This document shows, piece after piece, positions 24,458 to 32,000 of a stretch of DNA of 32,000 bases. The notes below the pieces were generated by a model. That model had not been told where the DNA came from, ran no database searches, and saw nothing but the letters and a program-made list of their open reading frames with translations. Position 1 is the first letter of the stretch, and each line of letters opens with the position of its first letter. The stretch comes from Candidatus Moranella endobia PCIT (GTDB lineage: Bacteria; Pseudomonadota; Gammaproteobacteria; Enterobacterales; Enterobacteriaceae): assembly GCF_000219175.1 (NCBI RefSeq), contig NC_015735.1:480001-512000 (forward strand), read 5' to 3'. The translations under genes were made by a program, and so were the position numbers.

Positions 24458-25162
24458 CTAATTTGCTGCAGTTAATAGGCTGCTTTGATCGATTACTACC
24501 CCTGCGCCCATGGTGGTGGATAGGCTAACTTTCTTGATGTAAAAGCCCTTGGCTTGTGTTGGTTTAGCTTTTTTCAGCGCCATTAGCAAATATTCCAGAT
24601 TTTCTTGTAATTTTTCAGACTCAAAGTCAACTTTACCGATTGTGGTGTGGATAATACCGTTTTTGTCGTTGCGATAGCGAATTTGACCAGCTTTGGCCTT
24701 TTTAACTGCTTCCGCGATATTAGGGGTGACGGTGCCGAATTTGGGGTTTGGCATCAGACCGCGGGGACCGAGGATATGACCCAGCTGGCTGACAAAACTC
24801 ATCACTTCCGGAGCCGCAATAACTACGTCGAAGTTGATATCGCCTATTTTGATCTGGTTAGCTAAATCATCCATGCCAACCAGATCAGCACCGGCGGTTT
24901 TAGCAACTTCAGCGTTAGTGCCTTGGCTGAAAACGGCCACGCGCACGCGGCGGCCGCTACCGTGCGGTAGCACGGTAGCACCACGGATGTTCTGATCTGA
25001 TCTGCGTGCATCAATGCCAAGATTAATGGCAACATCGATGCTTTCAACAAACTTAGCTGTAGCTAATTCTTTCAGCAACGCCACTGCCTCAGTAAAGTTG
25101 TATTGCTTATTTGAAGCAATTTTATCGCGGATGACACGCTTGCGCTTGGTTATTTTAGACAT
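24458..25162 (-). CDS. rplA: 50S ribosomal protein L1
   Basis: 234-aa ORF ...TKR.RVIR.K.....QY...[67 protein letters not shown]. Same length as E. coli L1. Confidence 0.98.
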   Translation of the reverse strand: MSKITKRKRVIRDKIASNKQYNFTEAVALLKELATAKFVESIDVAINLGIDARRSDQNIRGATVLPHGSGRRVRVAVFSQGTNAEVAKTAGADLVGMDDLANQIKIGDINFDVVIAAPEVMSFVSQLGHILGPRGLMPNPKFGTVTPNIAEAVKKAKAGQIRYRNDKNGIIHTTIGKVDFESEKLQENLEYLLMALKKAKPTQAKGFYIKKVSLSTTMGAGVVIDQSSLLTAAN

Positions 25163-25164
25163 GA

Positions 25165-25593
25165 TTAATCCTCAACTACCAGGCCCATCGAACGAGCGGT
25201 ACCAGCAATGGAGTGAGACATCGCTTCAACGTTGGCACCAGTCATATCAGACGCTTTGGTTTCGGCGATTTCACGTACTTGCGCGCTGGTCACTTTTCCA
25301 ACTTTGCTTTGATTCGGCTTACTAGCACCTAATTTGATGCCGGCAGCTTTTTTCAACAGCACGGCGGCTGGCGGAGTCTTGGTAACAAACGTAAAAGAAC
25401 GGTCTGAATAAACAGTGATAACAACAGGAATCGGTAACCCTTTTTCAAGGCTTTCGGTTTTAACATTAAAGGCTGTACAGAATTCCATAAGGTTAACTCC
25501 TTGTTGACCAAGGGCTGGACCTACAGGTGGACTAGGGTTTGCCATTCCTGCCGCTACCTGCAATTTGACATAGGCTTGCACTTTTTTGGCCAT
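25165..25593 (-). CDS. rplK: 50S ribosomal protein L11
   Basis: 142-aa [84 protein letters not shown]. Nearly identical to E. coli L11. Its stop lies 2 nt before the rplA start. Confidence 0.98.
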   Translation of the reverse strand: MAKKVQAYVKLQVAAGMANPSPPVGPALGQQGVNLMEFCTAFNVKTESLEKGLPIPVVITVYSDRSFTFVTKTPPAAVLLKKAAGIKLGASKPNQSKVGKVTSAQVREIAETKASDMTGANVEAMSHSIAGTARSMGLVVED

Positions 25594-25751
25594 GCAATTT
25601 CCTTTTACTTTTATGTTTTATGTGATGATATCGCCAATTAAGGCTTCTCGTAAAATACGATAGGTAGACGTATAGTCTACCATACCAAGACTAACAGTCT
25701 TTCTATTTTAACTTTTAACTTAGCACCACGAGCAAAACATGCGGTCAACAC

Positions 25752-26297
25752 TCAGCATTTCTCAACCTGACCGAAGTCAAGTTCCACCGGAGTGGCGCGA
25801 CTAAAAATAGATACCGATACTTTCAAGCGGCTTTTTTCGTAGTCAACCTCTTCCACCACGCCATTGAAGTCGGCAAAGGGGCCATCGTTAACACGGACCA
25901 GCTCACCCGGTTCAAAAATAGTTTTCGGCCGTGGCTTATCTCCAACCTGCTGTAGGCGCTGCATGATCGCTTCTACTTCTTTATCGCTGATAGGTGCGGG
26001 ACGATCCGAGGTACCGCCGATGAAGCCCATGACGCGCGGTAAACTTCGCACAAGATGCCAACTAGCGTCATTCATCACCATATGCACCAGAACATAGCTT
26101 GGAAAAAATTTCCGTTCACTTTTACGCCGCTGGCCGCCACGAATTTCAACAACCTCTTCTGTCGGTACCAGAACTTCGCCAAACAGCGCTTCCATATTGT
26201 GAAGTTTGATATATTCGCGTAGGGCTTGCGCTACGCGTCCCTCAAACCCGGAAAACGCCTGAAACACATACCAACGTTTTTGTTGAGCTTCAGACAT
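25752..26297 (-). CDS. nusG: Transcription termination/antitermination factor NusG
   Basis: 181-aa ORF MSEA...[89 protein letters not shown]. Same length as E. coli NusG. Confidence 0.98.
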   Translation of the reverse strand: MSEAQQKRWYVFQAFSGFEGRVAQALREYIKLHNMEALFGEVLVPTEEVVEIRGGQRRKSERKFFPSYVLVHMVMNDASWHLVRSLPRVMGFIGGTSDRPAPISDKEVEAIMQRLQQVGDKPRPKTIFEPGELVRVNDGPFADFNGVVEEVDYEKSRLKVSVSIFSRATPVELDFGQVEKC

Positions 26298-26685
26298 CTG
26301 ATAACCTCAGGCTATGTATGAATGATACCACACGAACGAGCAAACCATCCAGTCCCCACAGAATCAGTGAGATTACGGTCGTGACCGCGATGACAATTAA
26401 CGTCGCATGGAACGTTTCCTGGTAAGTCGGCCAAATTAATTTACGCACTTCGTTACGTGCTTCACGCGCAAACTGAATAAAAGACTTGCCTTTGGCCGTA
26501 ACTATGGCCCACCAGCCCGCGAGAGCGATAATAACGACTGCTAGTGCTCTCAAGCATAAGCAGTGATAATCGCGGTAACAATAGTTACCAACTATGGTAA
26601 CTATTAACAGAACAGTGACAACGATTAACCACGTCACCACTTCCCGCCCCCGCGCGCGTTTTGTCGATTTGGTATGTGTACCCAT
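26290..26685 (-). CDS. secE: Preprotein translocase subunit SecE (3' end overlaps nusG by 8 nt)
   Basis: ...VGNY.YRD......LRALAVVI.....G........KGK....[44 protein letters not shown] matches E. coli SecE with three predicted TM segments. ATG at 26685 (the track uses TTG at 26688). The C-terminus runs 3-4 residues past the E. coli stop position into nusG. Confidence 0.9.
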   Translation of the reverse strand: MGTHTKSTKRARGREVVTWLIVVTVLLIVTIVGNYCYRDYHCLCLRALAVVIIALAGWWAIVTAKGKSFIQFAREARNEVRKLIWPTYQETFHATLIVIAVTTVISLILWGLDGLLVRVVSFIHSLRLSDV

Positions 26686-26788
26686 CAAAAACCTGTCAAT
26701 GAGCCCCTGACTCTAATCGATTCTATCTTACTTATCTCATCATCGGTCGCTTGAAACAGTGGAATATCAGCCTGCATGTACTACTGGT

Positions 26789-27973
26789 TTAAGCGATAAG
26801 TTTAGTCACCACACCAGCGCCAACGGTATGGCCGCCTTCGCGGATAGCAAAACGCAAACCATCGGCCATGGCGATCGGGGCAATCAGGTTGACCACCATT
26901 TTAACGTTGTCGCCAGGCATCACCATGTCAACTCCTTCTGGCAGTTCGATGGTACCGGTAACGTCAGTAGTACGGAAGTAGAACTGCGGACGGTAGCCTT
27001 TAAAGAAGGGTGTATGACGGCCGCCTTCTTCTTTGCGCAAAATATACACTTCAGATTCAAACTTAGTATGTGGCTTAATCGAACCTGGTTTAGCCAGAAC
27101 CTGGCCCCGCTCAACGTCGTCACGCTTAGTGCCACGCAGCAGCACGCCCACGTTCTCGCCGGCACGTCCTTCATCCAGTAGTTTACGGAACATTTCAACG
27201 CCGGTGCAGGTTGTTTTGGTGGTATTTTTCATGCCAACAATTTCCACTTCGTCACCCACCTTGACGGTGCCGCGTTCCACACGACCAGTAACCACGGTGC
27301 CGCGACCTGAGATTGAAAAAACATCTTCGATAGGCAGTAGGAACGGCTGGTCAATGGCACGTTCTGGTTCCGGAATGTAATTATCCAGCGCGTTCGCCAG
27401 TTCAATAATTTTTTGCGTCCAATGTTCGTCACCTTCCAGGGCTTTCAGCGCGGAGCCGCGGATCACCGGCGTCTCATCGCCCGGGAAGTCGTACTGAGAC
27501 AGTAGTTCTCGAACTTCCATTTCCACTAGTTCCAACAACTCTTCGTCTTCGACCATGTCACATTTGTTAATGAACACGATGATGTTAGGTACGCCTACTT
27601 GGCGACCTAACAGAATGTGTTCGCGGGTCTGGGGCATCGGACCGTCGGTGGCGGCAACCACCAGAATCGCGCCATCCATCTGGGCCGCGCCAGTGATCAT
27701 GTTTTTCACATAGTCGGCGTGCCCCGGGCAGTCTACATGCGCGTAGTGATGGCGCGGGGTATCGTATTCAACGTGCGAAGTGTTAATAGTGATACCGCGG
27801 GCTTTTTCTTCTGGCGCGTTGTCGATCTGATCAAAGGCACACGCGTTTCCGCCGTAAGCCTTGGCCAGAACGGTGGTGATGGCGGCGGTTAAGGTAGTTT
27901 TACCATGGTCAACGTGGCCGATAGTACCGACGTTAACGTGTGGTTTAGTGCGTTGAAACGTTTCTTTAGACAT
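26789..27973 (-). CDS. tufB: Elongation factor Tu
   Basis: From ATG 27973: [116 protein letters not shown]. 394 aa, as in E. coli. Called tufB from the thrU-tyrU-glyT-thrT-tufB-secE-nusG context. The track's upstream start at 28012 is unsupported. Confidence 0.98.
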   Translation of the reverse strand: MSKETFQRTKPHVNVGTIGHVDHGKTTLTAAITTVLAKAYGGNACAFDQIDNAPEEKARGITINTSHVEYDTPRHHYAHVDCPGHADYVKNMITGAAQMDGAILVVAATDGPMPQTREHILLGRQVGVPNIIVFINKCDMVEDEELLELVEMEVRELLSQYDFPGDETPVIRGSALKALEGDEHWTQKIIELANALDNYIPEPERAIDQPFLLPIEDVFSISGRGTVVTGRVERGTVKVGDEVEIVGMKNTTKTTCTGVEMFRKLLDEGRAGENVGVLLRGTKRDDVERGQVLAKPGSIKPHTKFESEVYILRKEEGGRHTPFFKGYRPQFYFRTTDVTGTIELPEGVDMVMPGDNVKMVVNLIAPIAMADGLRFAIREGGHTVGAGVVTKLIA

Positions 27974-28076
27974 CGCTTGTCCCTCTAAGACACAAACATA
28001 TCGGTGGTTCAATTAGGCGAAATACCTGCTAATGTTTTGTAAATTCATCCAGAATCAGGAAGGAGACAAAAAGTAG

Positions 28077-28152
28077 TGGTGCTAATAGGCAGATTCGAAC
28101 TGCCGACCTCACCCTTACCAAGGGTGTGCTCTACCACCTGAGCTATATCAGC
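28077..28152 (-). tRNA. thrT: tRNA-Thr (GGT)
   Basis: Reverse complement GCTGATATAGCTCAGGTGGTAGAGCACACCCTTGGTAAGGGTGAGGTCGGCAGTTCGAATCTGCCTATTAGCACCA. 76 nt with encoded CCA. Confidence 0.96.
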
Positions 28153-28156
28153 AGAT

Positions 28157-28231
<75 letters not shown>

Positions 28232-28304
28232 AGCTTGGACTCGGCTACCTGATATTTATTAGGTCTTTTCCCCGGTAGTTCATAACCATTGGCTTTTCCT
28301 AATT

Positions 28305-28389
28305 TGGTGGTGGGGGAAGGATTCGAACCTTCGAAGTCTGTGACGGCAGATTTACAGTCTGCTCCCTTTAACCGCTCGGGAACCCCACC
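28305..28389 (-). tRNA. tyrU: tRNA-Tyr (GTA)
   Basis: Reverse complement GGTGGGGTTCCCGAGCGGTTAAAGGGAGCAGACTGTAAATCTGCCGTCACAGACTTCGAAGGTTCGAATCCTTCCCCCACCACCA. 85 nt, near-identical to E. coli tyrU. Confidence 0.96.
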
Positions 28390-28397
28390 TGATCCTT

Positions 28398-28473
28398 TGG
28401 TGCCGGCAGAAGGAGTCGAACCCTCGACCCACTGATTACAAGTCAGTTGCTCTTCCAACTGAGCTATGCCGGC
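28398..28473 (-). tRNA. thrU: tRNA-Thr (TGT)
   Basis: Reverse complement GCCGGCATAGCTCAGTTGGAAGAGCAACTGACTTGTAATCAGTGGGTCGAGGGTTCGACTCCTTCTGCCGGCACCA. 76 nt with encoded CCA. Confidence 0.95.
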
Positions 28474-28487
28474 ATTAAGTGTTTCGC

Positions 28488-28516
28488 ATTCTAGGTAGAG
28501 CTGATGACCTATGCAA
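28488..28516 (-). promoter_or_regulatory. Candidate strong sigma-70 promoter of the thrU-tyrU-glyT-thrT-tufB operon
   Basis: Minus strand TTGCAT-17 nt-TAGAAT. The -10 element ends 14 nt before the thrU 5' end. An A/T-rich UP-like tract (aaaattgaaattttctcgattttttt) lies immediately upstream. Confidence 0.6.
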
Positions 28517-28580
28517 CAAAAAAATCGAGAAAATTTCAATTTTACGCAAAAAAAACCAATGTGACGACGTAACCCGCGAA

Positions 28581-28596
28581 CTCTACTACTCTACTA
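28581..28596. repeat. Perfect 8-bp tandem duplication (ctctacta x2) in the lptG-thrU spacer
   Basis: Positions 28581-28588 and 28589-28596 are identical. Confidence 0.85.
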
Positions 28597-28620
28597 GAAG
28601 CAGTTAATACTGCTTATGCA

Positions 28621-28640
28621 GCAGTATTAGGCAGTATTAG
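28621..28640. repeat. Perfect 10-bp tandem duplication (gcagtattag x2) spanning the lptG stop codon
   Basis: Positions 28621-28630 and 28631-28640 are identical. The lptG stop (TAA, complement of 28637-28639) lies in the gene-proximal copy. Confidence 0.9.
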
Positions 28641-29704
28641 TTAGTTAATAGCATAACTATACTGATGATCATAAAAACCATGCTGGGTAGTAATGCACCG
28701 AATACTGGCGGCAGGTTGTATACTAGACCTAATGGCCCGCAGATGTGATCCAAGACGTGAAACAATAAACTGCAACTTATGCCTGTAATGAATCGTACCG
28801 CCGGAGGCACGCTGCGCAGCGGTCCGAAAATAAAAGACAGTGCCACTAGCATCATCACCACCACTGAGAAAGGAGAGAAAATTTTGCTCCACAGCTTCAA
28901 CTGGTAACGTTTGAAGTTCTGCCCACTCTGCTGAAGATACTTAACGTAATTAGCCAACCCAGAGATAGACAATGAATTTGGCAACGCTATTACCCCCAAT
29001 TTATCCGGCGTCAGATTGGTTTCCCATTCAACGTTTAGGTGTTGCTGACCATTGATTTGATGGCGGTTAGTTAAATTAACTTCTTCCACCTGTGATAGTT
29101 TCCAACTGCCATTGTTAAAGTGAGCCGTTGCGGCATAGCGCAGCGACTGTAGCCGTTCTGCTTTTTGATCGAAGTGATAAATATTGACGCCGGCCAGCTT
29201 ATCATTGCCAACTAACCGCTCGATGAAAATAAAATCATCACCGTCCTTGGCCCATAGACCGTGTTTATTTGACTGCATGGAGCCGACGTTAATTGCTCGG
29301 TTGCGGTAATGATAGGCTATTTGCTCGCTTGCTGGAGCTACCCATTCGCCGATGGCCAGGCTCAACAGCACCAGTGCAATGGTTGTTTTCATGACTGAAC
29401 TGGCTACCTGCAGTTGGCTGAAACCAGCTGCCTGCATTACCACTAGTTCACTGCTGGTTGCCAGAGAACCCAGCCCCAGCAACGTGCCAATTAGAGTAGC
29501 CATCGGAAAAAAGATCTCGCTATCCTTGGGCACGCTAAGTAAGGTAAACAGACCTGCGCCCATTACCGAGTAGTCCCCCTGGCCAACTTTGCGCATTTGC
29601 TCAACGAATTTGATCAGACTAGATAGCGACACCAGCAGGAACAAGGTCATCATTATGGGATTGAAAATTGTTTTACCAATGTAGCGGTCCAAGACCCTCA
29701 ACAT
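28637..29704 (-). CDS. lptG: LPS export ABC transporter permease LptG
   Basis: From ATG 29704: ML.VLDRYIGKTIF..IMMTLF.LVSLS..IKFV.Q..K.GQG.Y...GAG..TLLSVPKD..IFFPMA.L.G.LLGLG.LA..SELVVMQA.GF. 355 aa versus 360 aa in E. coli LptG. It overlaps the lptF stop by 7 nt. The track's upstream start at 29818 lies inside lptF. Confidence 0.93.
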   Translation of the reverse strand: MLRVLDRYIGKTIFNPIMMTLFLLVSLSSLIKFVEQMRKVGQGDYSVMGAGLFTLLSVPKDSEIFFPMATLIGTLLGLGSLATSSELVVMQAAGFSQLQVASSVMKTTIALVLLSLAIGEWVAPASEQIAYHYRNRAINVGSMQSNKHGLWAKDGDDFIFIERLVGNDKLAGVNIYHFDQKAERLQSLRYAATAHFNNGSWKLSQVEEVNLTNRHQINGQQHLNVEWETNLTPDKLGVIALPNSLSISGLANYVKYLQQSGQNFKRYQLKLWSKIFSPFSVVVMMLVALSFIFGPLRSVPPAVRFITGISCSLLFHVLDHICGPLGLVYNLPPVFGALLPSMVFMIISIVMLLTN

Positions 29705-30795
29705 GAGGGTGCGCCTTTTGGTAGCAGCCACCCACGCAGCCTTCTGATCGGTACGGTGTCCAACACATTCAATATTAGCCCTAGCACTAGAAACAACACA
29801 TTGGTCAGCCACAGCCAAAACATCGGGTCAAGCTTGCCCTTGGCACTATGATAGCGCAGGGTAATTTGTAGCAAAAAGAACAGTAGATATAGCAGCATTG
29901 CTGGTAGTATACGCAGCACGATACTCTGCTGCCGTTGGTTAACTACCGACAGCGGTACCACCATTATGGTCATAATCAACACCGACACAACTAACGTTAG
30001 CCTCCAGTGAAACTCAGCGCGCGCCTCCGGCTCAGACGAGTGCCACAGTTGGTGCATTGTCATTTGCTTAGTTTCGATGCTATTCGCCACAGATCTAGAG
30101 CCGATCAGCGCTTGATATTTAGCAAAACTAGTAATGCAGAAATCTCGCAGCAAAGCAGTCCCCTCATAGCTAGTACCATTATCCAGCATTAAGATTTGCG
30201 AGCCGTCAGACAGCTTGGTCATATGGCCACGGTCTGCCATAATAACGAAAGGGCGAGCATGGCAATTTGGCTTGATCTTTGCCATGAATATATGTTCAAA
30301 CACTGTATCCTGAACTTTACCCACGAACAGCACCAAATTACCGTTATCGGCTAATTTGAATTGCCCAGCCGCTGTGCTAAGATTAACTTTTGCGTCCGAT
30401 ATTACTATCGCTTGATAACGTGACAAACCGGGTGAAAGCCATATCACATTCACCGCTGCTACTATCGCGTTCATCAAACTGAGCAGCAGCGCCACACGGA
30501 TCAAAATACTTTTACCAAACCCACAAGCGTATATAACCGTAATTTCATTTGCAGCGTACATACGGCTAAGTATCACTAACACACCAAGGAATAGACTCAA
30601 GGGAAGAATTAATTGCACCATTGCCGGCAAACTTAATCCCAGTAAGGCTAACACTACGTTTAGTGGAATATCTCCCTCCACTACTGTGCCTAAAAGTTGT
30701 CCCAGTTTTTGGCATAAAAAAACCAACAGCAGGATGAACAGAATGGCGAGCTGGCTTTTAACGGTCTCCCAAACCAGATATCTAGTAATAATCAC
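29698..30795 (-). CDS. lptF: LPS export ABC transporter permease LptF
   Basis: (V)IITRYLV.ET.KSQLAILFILLL.F.CQKL...LG..V.GDIP.N.VL.LLGL..P.M.QLILPLSLFLG.L... RPSVV.AD.GH.T.L.DGSQ... matches E. coli LptF (MIIIRYLVRETLKSQLAILFILLLIFFCQKL). A GTG start at 30795 gives 365 aa, against 366 aa in E. coli. In-frame ATGs at 30858 and 30909 would add 21 or 38 unmatched residues. Confidence 0.85.
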   Translation of the reverse strand: MIITRYLVWETVKSQLAILFILLLVFLCQKLGQLLGTVVEGDIPLNVVLALLGLSLPAMVQLILPLSLFLGVLVILSRMYAANEITVIYACGFGKSILIRVALLLSLMNAIVAAVNVIWLSPGLSRYQAIVISDAKVNLSTAAGQFKLADNGNLVLFVGKVQDTVFEHIFMAKIKPNCHARPFVIMADRGHMTKLSDGSQILMLDNGTSYEGTALLRDFCITSFAKYQALIGSRSVANSIETKQMTMHQLWHSSEPEARAEFHWRLTLVVSVLIMTIMVVPLSVVNQRQQSIVLRILPAMLLYLLFFLLQITLRYHSAKGKLDPMFWLWLTNVLFLVLGLILNVLDTVPIRRLRGWLLPKGAPSC

Positions 30796-30960
30796 ACTTA
30801 TGGCGCCTGTAAAAACTTGTTTATTTGTAGAAAGTAGAAAAGATTTAGTAATTTTCATCACTAATCTATCATTGATACTTCTAAAAAACTTACATGTGGT
30901 TGATAGCACAGGTTGCTATCACATTATATTTTAATCTTTTGCTGATAAAATATAACCAAC

Positions 30961-31046
30961 ATGGAACTTGATAACCGTTTTACGCTGGTGGCCTAGCGAT
31001 GATTGTTTTTGCCATTAACAGACCAGCCCATTATATCCCGCGCTAA
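30961..31046 (+). pseudogene. pepA: Possible N-terminal remnant of pepA (leucyl aminopeptidase); the rest of the gene is deleted
   Basis: The position and strand are where E. coli has pepA, divergent from lptF and upstream of holC. ATG GAA.. gives MEL..., then a stop. A shifted frame gives MIVFAINRPAHYIPR*, compared with E. coli PepA residues 17-30 CIVVGVFEPRRLSP. The similarity is weak, with only ~85 bp of signal. Confidence 0.3.
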
Positions 31047-31079
31047 TGTTTTTTTTATAGAATTTAATTGGTGAATTTT

Positions 31080-31108
31080 GTCTGCCTGCTCGGCAGACCG
31101 CAGGTTGT
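31080..31108 (+). terminator. Hairpin plus T-run upstream of holC (possible relic pepA terminator)
   Basis: gtctgcc-tgctc-ggcagac followed by cgcaggttgttttta. A 7-bp stem with an imperfect, delayed T-tract. Confidence 0.35.
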
Positions 31109-31137
31109 TTTTATGTAATTAACTGATTAACTGGCAC

Positions 31138-31581
31138 ATGAAAAACGCAACCTTTTATTTACTCAACCAAGCCAGTCTTAACCTCATGGAATGGCTGGCC
31201 TGTTATTTTACCGTCGATAAATGGCGGGAGGGCAAACTGGTACTTATCGCCTGTGAGGATGAAGCCCAAGCGCTTAGAATAGACGAAGCGCTGTGGGCGT
31301 GCGATCCTGATACTTTCGTACCACATAACCTGACGGGAGAATGCTCGCCATACGGCACGCCAGTAGAAATTTGCTGGCAACAGCGCCGTGGTAGTAACAT
31401 GAATAGGGAGGTGTTGATAAGCTTGCTGTTGTCGGTCTACGCGGATTTTGCCTCATCGTTTAATGAAGTCATTGATTTCGTTCCGGCTGAAGCAACTTTA
31501 AAACAGCTGGCGCGCAATCGTTATAAAACTTATCGTAGCGTTGGCTTCCAATTGACTACGGCAATACCACCAACAAGGTGA
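31138..31581 (+). CDS. holC: DNA polymerase III subunit chi
   Basis: 147-aa [12 protein letters not shown]......................[20 protein letters not shown].....FVPHNL.GE......PVEI.W.Q.R......LISL....ADFA..F.EV.DFVP.E..LKQLAR.RYK.YR..GF.L. Same length as E. coli HolC. Confidence 0.92.
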   Translation: MKNATFYLLNQASLNLMEWLACYFTVDKWREGKLVLIACEDEAQALRIDEALWACDPDTFVPHNLTGECSPYGTPVEICWQQRRGSNMNREVLISLLLSVYADFASSFNEVIDFVPAEATLKQLARNRYKTYRSVGFQLTTAIPPTR

Positions 31582-31595
31582 TTAAAACAAGTATC

Positions 31596-32000
31596 ATGGA
31601 TAAAAAATACCAGCCCAAAAAGATCGAGCAACAGCTGTATAAGCACTGGGAGCAGCGTGGTTATTTCAAGCCGCACAATGACCACAAGCAGGATAGCTAC
31701 TGCATCATGATCCCGCCGCCAAATATTACTGGCAGCCTACATATGGGCCATGCCTTCCAACAGACTATTATGGATACTCTTATTCGTTATCAGCGTATGT
31801 TGGGTAAAAATACTTTGTGGCAGGTTGGTACAGATCACGCCGGCATCGCGACGCAGATGGTGGTTGAACGCAAAATGGTCGCAGAAGAGGGCAAAAACCG
31901 CCACGATTGCGGCCGCGCCGCTTTCATTACTAAGATTTGGCAGTGGGAAGCACAATCCAGCGGCACCATTAACCATCAGATGCGCCGACTTGGCGTTTCT
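31596..32000 (+). CDS. valS: Valyl-tRNA synthetase, N-terminal 135 codons (3' end off-window); not in the supplied ORF track
   Basis: ATG 14 nt after the holC stop: [26 protein letters not shown]......[57 protein letters not shown]...EEGK.RHD.GR.AF..KIW.W. This matches the E. coli ValS N-terminus with the HIGH-class motif, and stays open to the window end. Confidence 0.96.
   Translation, partial: MDKKYQPKKIEQQLYKHWEQRGYFKPHNDHKQDSYCIMIPPPNITGSLHMGHAFQQTIMDTLIRYQRMLGKNTLWQVGTDHAGIATQMVVERKMVAEEGKNRHDCGRAAFITKIWQWEAQSSGTINHQMRRLGVS

Overview
This window is almost entirely core housekeeping genes of an Enterobacterales-type gammaproteobacterium. By eye, the proteins are about 70-95% identical to E. 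coli homologues recalled from memory. Gene order left to right: rplQ (3' end) | groEL-groES | grpE | smpB-ssrA | glnS | orn | erpA | tRNA-Phe | xthA | yacG-zapD remnant | tyrS | tRNA-Ser | tRNA-Asn | thiC (broken)-thiE | rpoC-rpoB-rplL-rplJ-rplA-rplK-nusG-secE-tufB-thrT-glyT-tyrU-thrU (one long minus-strand block in E. coli order) | lptG-lptF | holC-valS (3' end off-window). Short E. coli-like synteny blocks are joined by spacers of a few hundred bp, where E. coli carries several more genes. At least three loci hold decayed genes: thiC, zapD and probably pepA. I see no IS elements, phage genes, integrases, CRISPR arrays, toxin-antitoxin pairs, or defence or secretion genes. The overall picture is a genome undergoing reductive evolution, as in a host-restricted or symbiotic lineage, but I cannot name the organism from sequence alone. 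I found no convincing novel biological system. The most interesting items are the dismantled thiamine locus with an intact orphan thiE, the zapD remnant next to a retained 43-codon yacG that the ORF track missed, loss of pepA, well-preserved sigma-32 promoters, a much shorter rplJ leader, and small tandem duplications next to stop codons. Comparisons to E. coli sequences, gene order and spacer lengths come from memory and were not computed.
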